Shown here: positions 1-8,494 of the stretch, one piece after another | Numbering within the stretch: the stretch's first letter is position 1 | Layout of the letters: every line of letters begins with the position of its first letter | Source: a virus | Lineage: Duplodnaviria; Caudoviricetes | Direction: 5' to 3' (one strand) | IMG/VR virus record: IMGVR_UViG_3300049141_000053 | Coordinates: 1 to 32,724 of that record | DNA length: 32,724 bases | Notes under the pieces: generated by a model | Seen by the model: only the letters and a program-made list of their open reading frames with translations | What the model was told of the DNA's origin: nothing | Database searches by the model: none | Program-made: the position numbers and the translations under genes

Positions 1-306
1 CCCACCCCCTACACCACCCCGGTTGCCCAGCTCCTCCACCGGGCCCGCGTCCTCATCGAGACCGTCGGCTGGTGCCGGACCGCCGCCTACGACGAGACCG
101 GCGCCCTCTGCCCCATCCACGCCATCCGCCGCGCCGCCCACACCCGCGGCCAAGCCGACGACGCCTGCGTGCTCCTGCTGGAGGCCATCCAGCGGCAGTG
201 GGCCGACGAAACGATCCCCGCCTGGAACCGCTGCCAGCCCGGCGCCGCACCCGTCCTTCTTCAGCTCGACCGCGCCGCCCAGCTCGCCCACACCCGCAAC
301 CTCTAA
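1..306 (+). CDS. 5'-truncated phage hypothetical protein (DUF6197-like), not in the ORF track
   Basis: Frame 1 is open from base 1 to TAA at 304-306: PTPYTTPVAQLLHRARVLIETVGWCRTAAYDETGALCPIHAIRRAA...ETIPAWNR...LDRAAQLAHTRNL. The GWC..G..C..AI and IPxWN motifs and high GC3 support a real gene. Confidence 0.7.
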   Translation, partial: PTPYTTPVAQLLHRARVLIETVGWCRTAAYDETGALCPIHAIRRAAHTRGQADDACVLLLEAIQRQWADETIPAWNRCQPGAAPVLLQLDRAAQLAHTRNL

Positions 307-316
307 GGAGAACCCG

Positions 317-508
317 ATGGGACTGTTCAACCGCAAGGCAAAGGCCGAAGTCCTCGCTACCGGCGCCGAGATCGACGCCGCCGCCAAGGCCCTCGCCCGC
401 AACGACAGCAGCCTCGCCGACCAGCTCTGCGACCGCGCCGGCGACCACAGCCAGCAGGTCGCCATGGCCATCCTCGCCCGCTCCGTCGACTACACGCCGC
501 AGGACTGA
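317..508 (+). CDS. Small hypothetical phage protein (63 aa, MGLFNRKAK...)
   Basis: AAGGAG RBS before ATG 317; good codon bias; 3' part of track ORF 23..508. Confidence 0.75.
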   Translation: MGLFNRKAKAEVLATGAEIDAAAKALARNDSSLADQLCDRAGDHSQQVAMAILARSVDYTPQD

Positions 509-541
509 CTGCCTTCACTCACGAGAGGGGACACCCGACCC

Positions 542-823
542 ATGGGATACGCGCGATACGAGATCAGCCGGAACGGCGAGACGATCGAAGCCGGATACAC
601 GGTCGAGACCGAATGCGAGGAGGACGTCTGTAACGAGAACATCGACCGCGGCCTGGGCCACCTCTGCGGAGCCACCCCCGGCGGCGACGAGTACGGCTGC
701 GGTGGCTACTACTGCGGCCACCACCTCTACGGCGGCATCGGCCCAGCCGAGGGCCTGTGCGCCCGCTGCTCCAAGCGCTGGGAGGAGGTGGAGGAGACGA
801 CGGTCGTCGCGACTCGCCCGTAA
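542..823 (+). CDS. Cys/His-rich putative zinc-binding phage protein (93 aa)
   Basis: GAGGGG RBS; several Cys/His clusters (CEEDVC, CGGYYCGHH, CARC). Confidence 0.75.
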   Translation: MGYARYEISRNGETIEAGYTVETECEEDVCNENIDRGLGHLCGATPGGDEYGCGGYYCGHHLYGGIGPAEGLCARCSKRWEEVEETTVVATRP

Positions 824-833
824 CAGACGCCCC

Positions 834-862
834 TTGACAACTGCCACGGCCGAAGCGATCAT
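834..862 (+). promoter_or_regulatory. Putative housekeeping-sigma promoter (TTGACA, 17 nt, GATCAT)
   Basis: Perfect TTGACA at 834-839 in an intergenic gap; the -10 match at 857-862 is weak. Confidence 0.45.
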
Positions 863-888
863 CTGCTCAAATAGCCTTCGTGCGCTTT

Positions 889-913
889 GAGGCCCGCCAC
901 ACTGGTGGGCCTC
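889..913 (+). terminator. Stem-loop (terminator or attenuator) in the leader of the HTH gene
   Basis: GAGGCCCGCCA-CAC-TGGTGGGCCTC, an 11-bp stem with one G-U pair, followed by a pyrimidine-rich tract and an RBS. Confidence 0.55.
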
Positions 914-937
914 TCGCCATTTCCAGGGGAGGTGACC

Positions 938-1165
938 ATGCCCCCCGGCTACGTATCCGCCTCCGACGCCGCCTACTACGCGGGCGTGCCCGTCGGCACC
1001 ATCTGGCGCTGGGCCTCCGAAGGCCGGATCAGCAAGACCGGCCGCGGCAAGGCCGCCCGCTACTGCGTGTTCGACCTGCCGAAGGCGCGCCGCGACGAAT
1101 ACACCCGCGAGCTGATCGAGCCCGGCAAACCGCCGCCGCTACCCGCCGGCGCCCGCGCCGCCTGA
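938..1165 (+). CDS. MerR/excisionase-like helix-turn-helix DNA-binding protein (75 aa), possible late regulator
   Basis: GGAGG RBS and ATG 938; VSASDAAYYAGVPVGTIWRWASEGRI is an HTH_17/MerR-type signature. Confidence 0.8.
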   Translation: MPPGYVSASDAAYYAGVPVGTIWRWASEGRISKTGRGKAARYCVFDLPKARRDEYTRELIEPGKPPPLPAGARAA

Positions 1166-1178
1166 GGAGGCGACCGCC

Positions 1179-1427
1179 ATGGACTCTTGCGAAGCCTGTA
1201 GCTGGCGCCCCAAGGGCATTCTGGCTGCCCGCTTCCGGCAGCTGATCAGAGCGACCTTCACGGGAGCTGAACTGGATCATCTGATGCTGCTGGAGGAGAG
1301 CTCGATGCTCCCCTCCGAATGGACCGGTCGCAGAGATGTGCGTGACCCTGCGGCTCGGGCCGTGCCGCCGGAGGGGACCAGCTACTACCTCCACCGCTCG
1401 ATGACCCCGAGCCGCCGCGCCGCCTGA
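1179..1427 (+). CDS. Hypothetical protein (82 aa)
   Basis: Strong GAGGAGG RBS, but weaker GC3 bias than neighbours; the region is also rich in stem-loops. Confidence 0.5.
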   Translation: MDSCEACSWRPKGILAARFRQLIRATFTGAELDHLMLLEESSMLPSEWTGRRDVRDPAARAVPPEGTSYYLHRSMTPSRRAA

Positions 1428-1429
1428 TC

Positions 1430-1467
1430 GTCCCGCCGTTCGAGCCCCGGTCCCCGGACGGCGGGAC
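1430..1467 (+). terminator. Strong stem-loop after the 82-aa ORF
   Basis: GTCCCGCCGTTCG (1430-1442) pairs with CGGACGGCGGGAC (1455-1467), 13 bp with one G-U pair. Confidence 0.6.
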
Positions 1468-1480
1468 TCAAGAACGAGGA

Positions 1481-1547
1481 CGTCGTCGGCAGACGAGGGC
1501 TGTCGTCCGCAGCTGGCCAGCACCGGTTCGACTCCGGAACGGCGGCG
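1481..1547 (+). other. tRNA-like element (T-arm plus acceptor-like stem; no canonical D or anticodon arm)
   Basis: CCGG-TTCGACT-CCGG at 1523-1537; CGTCGTCG (1481-1488) can pair with CGGCGGCG (1540-1547). Confidence 0.3.
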
Positions 1548-1598
1548 CTCTTTGAAAAGCCACTCGCGCCACGCGGCGCCCATTCGTGAGGAGGCCGC

Positions 1599-1982
1599 GT
1601 GGCCGACAACTTGACGAACACGGCAGAGAATCGCTGCCTGGACTTCCTGCTCGGCCTGCCGGCGACCGCGCCCACTGCCCCGCTGAAGGTCGCGCTGGTC
1701 ACCGCGAACGGCGACGACACGACCGCGGGCACCGAGGTGACGGGCGGCTCCTACGCGCGGCAGACCTTGACCGTCGCCGCGGCCGTCGGGGGATCCACCA
1801 GCAACAGTGCCGACCTCGTCTGGTCGGCCATGCCAGCCGCGACGGTGGTCGGGGTGGAGATCTGGGACTCGGCGGGTACGCCGGTGCGGCTCTGGTATGG
1901 GCCGCTGTCCGCGTCCCGCACGGTGGCCGCGGGGGATGAGCTGCGGCTGACGGCTGGTTCGCTGGTTCTGTCGATCGCGTAG
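1599..1982 (+). CDS. Virion structural protein, tail-fibre-associated (127 aa)
   Basis: GAGGAGG RBS; the EVTGGSYARQ...IWDSAG...GPLSASRTVAAGD pattern is typical of small phage tail proteins. Confidence 0.7.
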   Translation: MADNLTNTAENRCLDFLLGLPATAPTAPLKVALVTANGDDTTAGTEVTGGSYARQTLTVAAAVGGSTSNSADLVWSAMPAATVVGVEIWDSAGTPVRLWYGPLSASRTVAAGDELRLTAGSLVLSIA

Positions 1983-1992
1983 GGGAGGGCCG

Positions 1993-3099
1993 GTGCCGTC
2001 CCTGAGTAGCCTTGTCGACAATTTCAACGACGGTGTCATTGCGCCCGACTGGGGCAATTCCTACGGCGGCGTCTACGAGGCCGCCGGGCTCGCGCACGTG
2101 CCCTGCACGACTGGGTACGCCGGCTACCAGACCGCCTACAGCTGGACCCTGGCCGGGTCGTCCTTCTTCGTGAAGGTCGTTTCCATCCCGGCGGCGTCCA
2201 CGGCGACGGAGGCGTACTGCGGCGTCATCGTCAACGGTGACACCAGCGGCACTCGTATCGGTTTCACGATCAAAGCGGTCGGTGGCCTCCTGCGCATGCA
2301 GTCCGATAGCGGGTTTTTCGACCCCGGCGCCGTCGAGATCCCTTACGACCCGGTGGCTCACGCGTTCCTCCGACTGCGCGAGGACGGCACCAACGTCTAC
2401 TGGGACACGTCCCCGGATGGCACCACGTGGACGAACCGCAGGACGCTCGCCAGCCCGGCCTGGATCGCCACCGCGATCGACTCCTGTGCGCTCGACCTGT
2501 CCGCCCACCGCGATGCGGGCGTCAACGACGAAGCCACGTATGACCTGTTCAACACGCTCAGCAACGGCGCCGTCCACGAAGGCGCCGCCGCCCTGTCCGC
2601 GCAGAGCAGCCTCACCGGCAGCCTTCAGGCAGCCGTCCACGCGGCGGCTGGACTGTCCGCAGAGACGAGCCTCGCCGCGGCACCCACCCTCACGGCGCGC
2701 GCCACAGCCGCCCTGTCCGCGGACGCCACGCTCACCGCCGACGCGGCCAGCTCACAGATCCCGGAGGTGGCCGCCTTGTCCGCCGGAGACTGGGACCTCT
2801 ACATCGAGCAGGGCAGCACCTTCGTCCAGACGTACACCGTCGCCGACCCCGACTTCAGCTGGGCCGGCTGGTCCGCACGCGCCCAGATCCGGTCCGCCGC
2901 GGGCGAGACCGGCGAACTCCTCCTCGACCTCACCCCCTACCTGGCGATCATCGGGGCGTCGATTCGGCTCGCGATCCCCGCCGACGTCACCCAGACCCTC
3001 GACCGCAACGGCGTGTGGGACCTGGAGGTCTACCAGGGATCAACCGTCGTCCGGCTCCTCAACGGGCGGGTCGTCGTCAGCTTGGAGGTGACCAGGTGA
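1993..3099 (+). CDS. Tail appendage protein: N-terminal lectin-like beta domain, Ala/Ser linker, C-terminal LtfC/p132-like beta-sandwich
   Basis: The C-terminus DLYIEQGSTF...WSARAQIR...GVWDLEV...RLLNGRVVVSLEVTR resembles fibre collar/attachment domains. Confidence 0.65.
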   Translation: MPSLSSLVDNFNDGVIAPDWGNSYGGVYEAAGLAHVPCTTGYAGYQTAYSWTLAGSSFFVKVVSIPAASTATEAYCGVIVNGDTSGTRIGFTIKAVGGLLRMQSDSGFFDPGAVEIPYDPVAHAFLRLREDGTNVYWDTSPDGTTWTNRRTLASPAWIATAIDSCALDLSAHRDAGVNDEATYDLFNTLSNGAVHEGAAALSAQSSLTGSLQAAVHAAAGLSAETSLAAAPTLTARATAALSADATLTADAASSQIPEVAALSAGDWDLYIEQGSTFVQTYTVADPDFSWAGWSARAQIRSAAGETGELLLDLTPYLAIIGASIRLAIPADVTQTLDRNGVWDLEVYQGSTVVRLLNGRVVVSLEVTR

Positions 3100-4901
3100 A
3101 GATCCAGGTGACCGGCGAGCAGTCCGTAGGCGAGATCGAGGTCAACGGCGGCCAGCCGTCCCGGATCATCGACGTGACCGCGGGCCTCGTGTCCTCCGTC
3201 AACGGCCGCACCGGTGGGGTCACGGGTCTCGCCGAAGCCGCCGACGTGCCCGGCATCGCCGAGACCGCCGCCGAGACCGCCGTCACCGCGCACGTTGCCG
3301 CCACGGACCCGCACGGCGACCGGGCCTGGGCCGCCGCCACCTTCACCGTCCTCGGCTGGGCCAACGTCATGCACTACGGCGCCACCGGCGACGGCGTCAC
3401 CGACGACACCGCCGCAATCCAGGCCGCCATCAACGCGGCATCGGTCGTGTACCTCCCCGCCGGGAAGACCTTCGTCGCGGCGGGCCTGACCCCCCGCGCC
3501 GGCACCGTCCTGATCGGCGGCGGAGCGGCAGGCTTCAGCTACCAGGCCCCGGCCCCGGCGTCGATGGTCGCCACCCTCAAACTGCGGGACGGCGCCAACA
3601 CGCATCTCATCGTCGGGGCGGACGGCGTCTCGCAGGTCCAGCTCCGCAACCTGCGGCTGGACGGCAACAAGGCGAACAACGCGAGCGGCGACCTGATCCA
3701 CCTGACCGCTGCGGCAGCCCAGGACACGGCGTGGCACATCGTCGACTGCACCCTCGACAACGCACCCCGCGACGGGATCCACATCGGTTCCGGGCGCCAG
3801 GCCATCAAGGTCAACCGCATGTGGATCATGCGGTCCGCGAACGCGGGCGCCGTCATCGACGGACCCGACTGCGGATTCGACACCGTCCTGATCGGGCTCT
3901 CCGGCAACTTCGGGATCTACGTCGGCATCGGTGCCAACGTGCAGCACATCACCGACTGCGACATCTGGTCGTCCGGCCAGCACGGCGTCGTCGTCGACCA
4001 GGCGTCCATGATCTCTTTGACCGGGGTCGGGATCGACCGGCACCAGCGCTCCGGGCTCGTCGTCCTCGACGGCGACGTCACCGTCCGCGGCTGCTTCTTC
4101 CACGGCAACAGCCAAGCGGGCAGCGGTCTCTACCCGCACATCCGCGTTGACAAGGGCAACGTCGCCGTCGTGGGCTGCATCTTCGGCGGTACCACGTTCG
4201 TCTCCAACCCGAACTGGGCGATCCAGGCCACGGCCCCCGCTGTGATCAAGGAAGCCGCCAACGTCGTCCTGAACACCTCGGTCACGTCCGGCTACATCAG
4301 CGACACCAGCAGAGTCGTCAACACGATCACGGGGGACATGACGGCGACCGGCACCCTGACCACGGGCGGGGCCATCACGTCAGGGGGCAGCGTCTCCCTG
4401 GGCGTGGCCCACCAGGTCAACGTGGGAAGTTCGGGGTCCTCGGCGTCCTTCGCGGCCCAGCGCGCCAACGCCACCGACGGCATCATCAGCGGACGCGCCT
4501 CCGGTGACACCGTCAACCGTTACGGCGTCACCGCCGCCGGCTCGCATACGTGGGGCCCGGGCGGATCGACCGCCGCCGACGTCACCCTTGCTCGCAGCGG
4601 CACCAACGCGCTCGCCGTGACCGGCGCCGACTTCCGCATCGCCACCGCAGGCCGCGGACTCCGTGTCGCCGAAGGCGCCAACGCCAAGATGGGCGTCGCG
4701 GCCCTGGCCGCCGGGACCGTCACCGTGTCCACCACCGCGGTCACCGCCAACAGCAGGATCTTCCTGACCTGCCAGACGCCCGGCGGAACCCCCGGCTTCC
4801 TCCGGGTCTCAGCCCGGACAGCCGGAACGTCGTTCACCATCCTCAGCTCCAGCGGCACCGACACGAGCGTCGTCGCCTGGATGATCGTCGAGCCCGCGTA
4901 G
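3096..4901 (+). CDS. Tailspike or depolymerase with pectate-lyase-like right-handed beta-helix (601 aa)
   Basis: GTG start overlaps the upstream TGA; NVMHYGATGDGVTDDTAAIQAAINAASVVYLPAG is the Pectate_lyase_3 N-terminal motif, followed by beta-helix repeats. Confidence 0.85.
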   Translation: MKIQVTGEQSVGEIEVNGGQPSRIIDVTAGLVSSVNGRTGGVTGLAEAADVPGIAETAAETAVTAHVAATDPHGDRAWAAATFTVLGWANVMHYGATGDGVTDDTAAIQAAINAASVVYLPAGKTFVAAGLTPRAGTVLIGGGAAGFSYQAPAPASMVATLKLRDGANTHLIVGADGVSQVQLRNLRLDGNKANNASGDLIHLTAAAAQDTAWHIVDCTLDNAPRDGIHIGSGRQAIKVNRMWIMRSANAGAVIDGPDCGFDTVLIGLSGNFGIYVGIGANVQHITDCDIWSSGQHGVVVDQASMISLTGVGIDRHQRSGLVVLDGDVTVRGCFFHGNSQAGSGLYPHIRVDKGNVAVVGCIFGGTTFVSNPNWAIQATAPAVIKEAANVVLNTSVTSGYISDTSRVVNTITGDMTATGTLTTGGAITSGGSVSLGVAHQVNVGSSGSSASFAAQRANATDGIISGRASGDTVNRYGVTAAGSHTWGPGGSTAADVTLARSGTNALAVTGADFRIATAGRGLRVAEGANAKMGVAALAAGTVTVSTTAVTANSRIFLTCQTPGGTPGFLRVSARTAGTSFTILSSSGTDTSVVAWMIVEPA

Positions 4902-4911
4902 GGAGACCACT

Positions 4912-5238
4912 ATGCCCCGCACCAACATCGCCGCCACGCAGGCCAGCCGGTCGGGCACGGTTCTCCCGGCCGCCACCGCAGGCGACGTCGCCAACGGCAA
5001 CTCGACCGCCAACGACGGGCGCGTCGTCCTGATCGTGGCCAACACGGGTGCGTCGTCCCGCACGATCACCTTCCAGACCACCGTGTCCGTCGACGGCCTT
5101 ACCGCGCCCGTCCGCAGCGAGACCATTCCCGCCGGAGAGGCGCAGGTCTTCGGTCCCTTCAGCCCCAACGACTACGGCAGCACGCTCGCGTTCAACGTCG
5201 ACAACGCCGAACTGACCGTCCAGGTCATCCGGATCTGA
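4912..5238 (+). CDS. Small beta-rich putative virion protein (108 aa)
   Basis: GGAG RBS; Thr/Ala/Val-rich beta-strand pattern; in the same operon as the tailspike. Confidence 0.65.
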   Translation: MPRTNIAATQASRSGTVLPAATAGDVANGNSTANDGRVVLIVANTGASSRTITFQTTVSVDGLTAPVRSETIPAGEAQVFGPFSPNDYGSTLAFNVDNAELTVQVIRI

Positions 5239-5264
5239 CCGCTACAACCCGCAGAGGAACCCCG

Positions 5265-5543
5265 ATGGACCAGGTCAGTAGCAAGTCCGGGAAGGCTCTC
5301 GGCACACCGCGCGGCGCCATCATCGAGATCATCGAGAAGGGCGCCACGACAAGCGACGACAGTGCGGGGCAGAGCATCATCGTCCCCAACGACATCCGGA
5401 TCAACGGGCAGTCGCTGCTCTCCTCCGCCGACGATCCTGTCATCGTGCACGAAGTCAGTACGCGCGCGGACGAGTGCGTGCGTGTCACGCTCACCCTGCT
5501 CGCCCGCCGCGTCTCCATCCGCGCGGAGAACGACCCCATCTAG
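5265..5543 (+). CDS. Hypothetical protein (92 aa)
   Basis: GAGGA RBS; good codon bias. Confidence 0.7.
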   Translation: MDQVSSKSGKALGTPRGAIIEIIEKGATTSDDSAGQSIIVPNDIRINGQSLLSSADDPVIVHEVSTRADECVRVTLTLLARRVSIRAENDPI

Positions 5544-5725
5544 TCCTGGAACGAGCCGTCCGTGCGGCGCTGGTGGCGGCCCATCATGTGCTTGCACTGA
5601 GGGCAGCACTTCAGGAACACGGGCTTCACCAAGAACGAAAACGTGATCAGGTACAGCAGGTGGCGCCCCTGTCGAGCGATCCACGACATCGTGCACGTCC
5701 TACAGTCACGGCATCCACTGGCCAT
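5540..5725 (-). CDS. Antisense small membrane/Zn-ribbon protein (61 aa), moron-like
   Basis: MASGCRDCRTC-hydrophobic segment (LLYLITFSFLVKPVFL)-CCPQCKH; its stop overlaps the convergent gene at CTAG. Confidence 0.55.
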   Translation of the reverse strand: MASGCRDCRTCTMSWIARQGRHLLYLITFSFLVKPVFLKCCPQCKHMMGRHQRRTDGSFQD

Positions 5726-5835
5726 GTCGTACCCCCAACTCACGCGCGCGCCTATGCGCACGGACAACGATCAGACCATCGATCTGTCACGCCTGCACGG
5801 ATGTGACACAGCCGTGACCGTGTAGGAGGTGGATC

Positions 5836-6213
5836 GTGCCAGTAGCGCCACCCACCCGGTGCGGGGCCATGGGATGCCACGAGCTGGCGACCAAGCGAGG
5901 GCGATGCGACGAGCACCAGCCCGAGCCGTGGCGAGGCCGCCCATCACCGCAAGAGCGCTACGGCATGAGCAGCGGCACCATGCGTGCGCTCAAGCGGCAG
6001 GTCATGGCCAGAGATCACGGCTGCTGCTACGTCTGCGGAGGCGAGGGCGCCGACGAGCTGGAGCACAAGATCCCGATCAGCCAGGGCGGGGCGTCGCGTG
6101 ACCTGAACAACCTCGGCTTGATCCACTCCGAGCCGTGCCACCGCGAGAAGACCGCGCGCGAAGCCGCAGAAGGATCAAGAAAAGCGCGCGAAAAGAAGCG
6201 CGGAAAGCCATGA
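5836..6213 (+). CDS. HNH endonuclease (HK97 gp74-like, packaging-associated)
   Basis: AGGAGG RBS; RDHGCCYVCG...LEHKIPISQGG...LNNL...CHREKT; directly upstream of TerS. Confidence 0.9.
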   Translation: MPVAPPTRCGAMGCHELATKRGRCDEHQPEPWRGRPSPQERYGMSSGTMRALKRQVMARDHGCCYVCGGEGADELEHKIPISQGGASRDLNNLGLIHSEPCHREKTAREAAEGSRKAREKKRGKP

Positions 6214-6231
6214 TCTACGCGGGCGCGCGCA

Positions 6232-6310
6232 CGGGTAGGGGAGTAAAAATCACGGCGGGAAAAACTTGGGGGACCGCCGCGGCCAGAACGGAAGACGCGC
6301 GCTCAGATCG
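6232..6310. other. Putative cos/packaging initiation region
   Basis: Non-coding gap between HNH and P27-type TerS, where cos lies in HK97-like phages; GGGTAGGGGAG, A-tracts and CCGCCGCGG. The cut site cannot be fixed from sequence alone. Confidence 0.45.
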
Positions 6311-6327
6311 CTGACAGGGGGTCTGAT

Positions 6328-6792
6328 ATGGGACGTACTGCGGCCCCGGCCGGTCTTAAGTTGATCACAGGCCGCTCGCCTGGCCGAGACTCGGGCGGGC
6401 GCAAGGTCGAACCCGGGCCGGCGTTCAAGCGGGTGCCCCCGTCGCCCCCCCAGTGGCTGTCTGACGAGGCCGCCGCCGAGTGGGACCGGGTGATCCCGGA
6501 GCTGTCCCGCCTGGACTTGATCAAGGAGCAGGACCGGGCGGCGCTGGCGGCGTACTGCGAGGCGTGGGCGACCTTCGCCGAGGCCACGCGTGTCGTGCAG
6601 GAGGAGGGCCTCGTCATCGAGGCGAGGCAGGGGAAGCTGGCGCACCCGTGTGTGGCGATCGCCCGGAACGCCGGCCGGGAAATGAGGAGCTGGGCCGCCC
6701 ACTTCGGGCTAACTCCGTCGACGGAGCAGGCCCTGGCCCGGGGCGGGGGCGACGATGGGGACGAGGCGAACCCGTTCGCAGGTTCTGGCTGA
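6328..6792 (+). CDS. terS: Terminase small subunit, P27 family
   Basis: PPQWLSDEAAAEWDRV...DRAALAAYCEAW...HPCVAI...FGLTPS. Confidence 0.92.
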   Translation: MGRTAAPAGLKLITGRSPGRDSGGRKVEPGPAFKRVPPSPPQWLSDEAAAEWDRVIPELSRLDLIKEQDRAALAAYCEAWATFAEATRVVQEEGLVIEARQGKLAHPCVAIARNAGREMRSWAAHFGLTPSTEQALARGGGDDGDEANPFAGSG

Positions 6793-8476
6793 CCTCGGGA
6801 TCAGTCCCGAGGTCGGCTGGTACATGAAGTCGCGCGGGATTCCGCTGCCGGACTGCCCGCCGAAGGTGCAGACGCCGAATCCGGGCGAGGCGCCGGGCGC
6901 CGTGTTCGATCCAGGCCGCGTGGATCGGGTGCTGAAGTCGTTCCATCTGCTGCGGCACACGCAGGGCAAGTGGGCGGGCAAGCCGCTGGACCCGGATCCG
7001 TGGCAGGTGGCCTACATCATCGCCCCGGTGTTCGGCTGGGTCCGCTGGGACGACGAGGCGGAGGGGTACGTCCGTATCGTCCGCAAGCTGTACGTGGACG
7101 TGCCGCGCCGTAATGGCAAGACGACTCTGTCGGGCGGCATCGCGGTGTATCTGATGGCCGCTGACAGCGAGCCGGGCGCCCAGGTGTATGCCGCAGCCAC
7201 GTCGGAGAAGCAGGCCCGCTACACCTTCGACCCGATCAAGACGATCGCGGAGCGGGCGCCGGCCTTGAAAGGCAACGTCAAGGCCTACACGAAGAAGATC
7301 ACACACCCGGCGTCCGGCAGCTACTTCACGGTGGTGTCCTCGGTCGCCGAGGCCATGCACGGGGCGAACGTCCATGGCGGGATCATCGACGAGCTGCACG
7401 TCCATAAGACGGCGGACCTAGTGGAGACGATCGAGACGGGCACCGGCTCCCGCAGGCAACCTCTCGTCGTCATCATCACGACGGCCGACGATGGCAAGCA
7501 GGAGTCGATCTACGACCGGAAGCGCCAGTACGTCGAGCAGCTGGCCCGCGGCGTGTTGCACGACCCGGACACCTACGGCGTGGTCTGGGGAGCCGACGAA
7601 GACGACGATCCGTATGCCGAGAGCACCTGGCGGAAGGCCAATCCCGGCTTCGGGGTGAGCCCGAGCGCGGCTTACCTGCGGGGCGCCGCCGCGGAGGCCC
7701 AGCAGTCGCCGGCGGACCTGGCGAAGTTCCTGCGGCTGCACTTGGGGATCCGCACGAAACAGTCCACCCGGTTCCTGACCATGCAGGCCTGGGACAACAA
7801 TGCTGGGCTCGTCGATGAGGAGGCGCTGGCCGGCCGGGAGACGTGGGGCGGGCTCGACCTGGCGTCCACCTCGGACCTGTGCGCCTTGTGCTGGCTGTTC
7901 CCTGACGACGAAACCGGCACGCTGGATGCTCTGTGGCGGTTCTGGACCCCAGAGGACAACCTGAAAGCGCTGGACAAGCGCACAGCGGGCGCGGCGTCGC
8001 GGTGGGTGCGTGAGGGCTGGCTGACGGCGACGCCGGGCAATGTGGCGGACTACGACTGGATCAGGGAGCAGATCCGCCGGGATCGGGACAAGTTCAAGGT
8101 CCGCTCGATCGGCTACGACCCCTGGAACGCCTCTCAGCTGACCAACGACTTGGTGTCCGAGCGGGCTCCGATGGTGAAGGTCAGGCAGGGATTCGCGACG
8201 ATGTCGCCGGTTTTGAAGGAGATCCAGCGGCTGGTGCTGCAGGGAACTCCGGAGGCACCGGCGCTGCGGCACGGCGGGCATCCGGTGGTCCGCTGGTGCG
8301 TCGACAACTTGGCGGTCGCGATGGACCCGGCGGGCAATGTGAAGCCGGACAAGGCCAACAGCGGGGACAAGATCGATGGCGTGTCGGCGTTGGCGACGGC
8401 CATGTCTGAGATCGTCGCCAGGCCACCGCGCCGGAAGTCTCGGTACGCGGACGAGGACGAAATCATGGTCGTGTAG
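6755..8476 (+). CDS. terL: Terminase large subunit
   Basis: Walker A VPRRNGKTT, Walker B IIDELH, coupling motif IITTA, nuclease GGLDLAST and KIDGVSA. Confidence 0.97.
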   Translation: MGTRRTRSQVLADLGISPEVGWYMKSRGIPLPDCPPKVQTPNPGEAPGAVFDPGRVDRVLKSFHLLRHTQGKWAGKPLDPDPWQVAYIIAPVFGWVRWDDEAEGYVRIVRKLYVDVPRRNGKTTLSGGIAVYLMAADSEPGAQVYAAATSEKQARYTFDPIKTIAERAPALKGNVKAYTKKITHPASGSYFTVVSSVAEAMHGANVHGGIIDELHVHKTADLVETIETGTGSRRQPLVVIITTADDGKQESIYDRKRQYVEQLARGVLHDPDTYGVVWGADEDDDPYAESTWRKANPGFGVSPSAAYLRGAAAEAQQSPADLAKFLRLHLGIRTKQSTRFLTMQAWDNNAGLVDEEALAGRETWGGLDLASTSDLCALCWLFPDDETGTLDALWRFWTPEDNLKALDKRTAGAASRWVREGWLTATPGNVADYDWIREQIRRDRDKFKVRSIGYDPWNASQLTNDLVSERAPMVKVRQGFATMSPVLKEIQRLVLQGTPEAPALRHGGHPVVRWCVDNLAVAMDPAGNVKPDKANSGDKIDGVSALATAMSEIVARPPRRKSRYADEDEIMVV

Positions 8477-8494
8477 CGGCCGGGGGAGGTCGCG

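Noticed and set aside
1280-1322. Hammerhead ribozyme (CTGATG...CGAA around a stem)
   Set aside because: The core is CTGATGC and GAAT rather than CTGATGA and GAAA, and stems I and III are not evident.
1481-1550. Canonical tRNA gene
   Set aside because: Only the T-arm is convincing; there is no proper D-arm, anticodon arm or CCA. Kept only as tRNA-like.
6295-6316. Minus-strand TGTCAG as a damage promoter near cos
   Set aside because: No TANNNT at the required 10-nt spacing.
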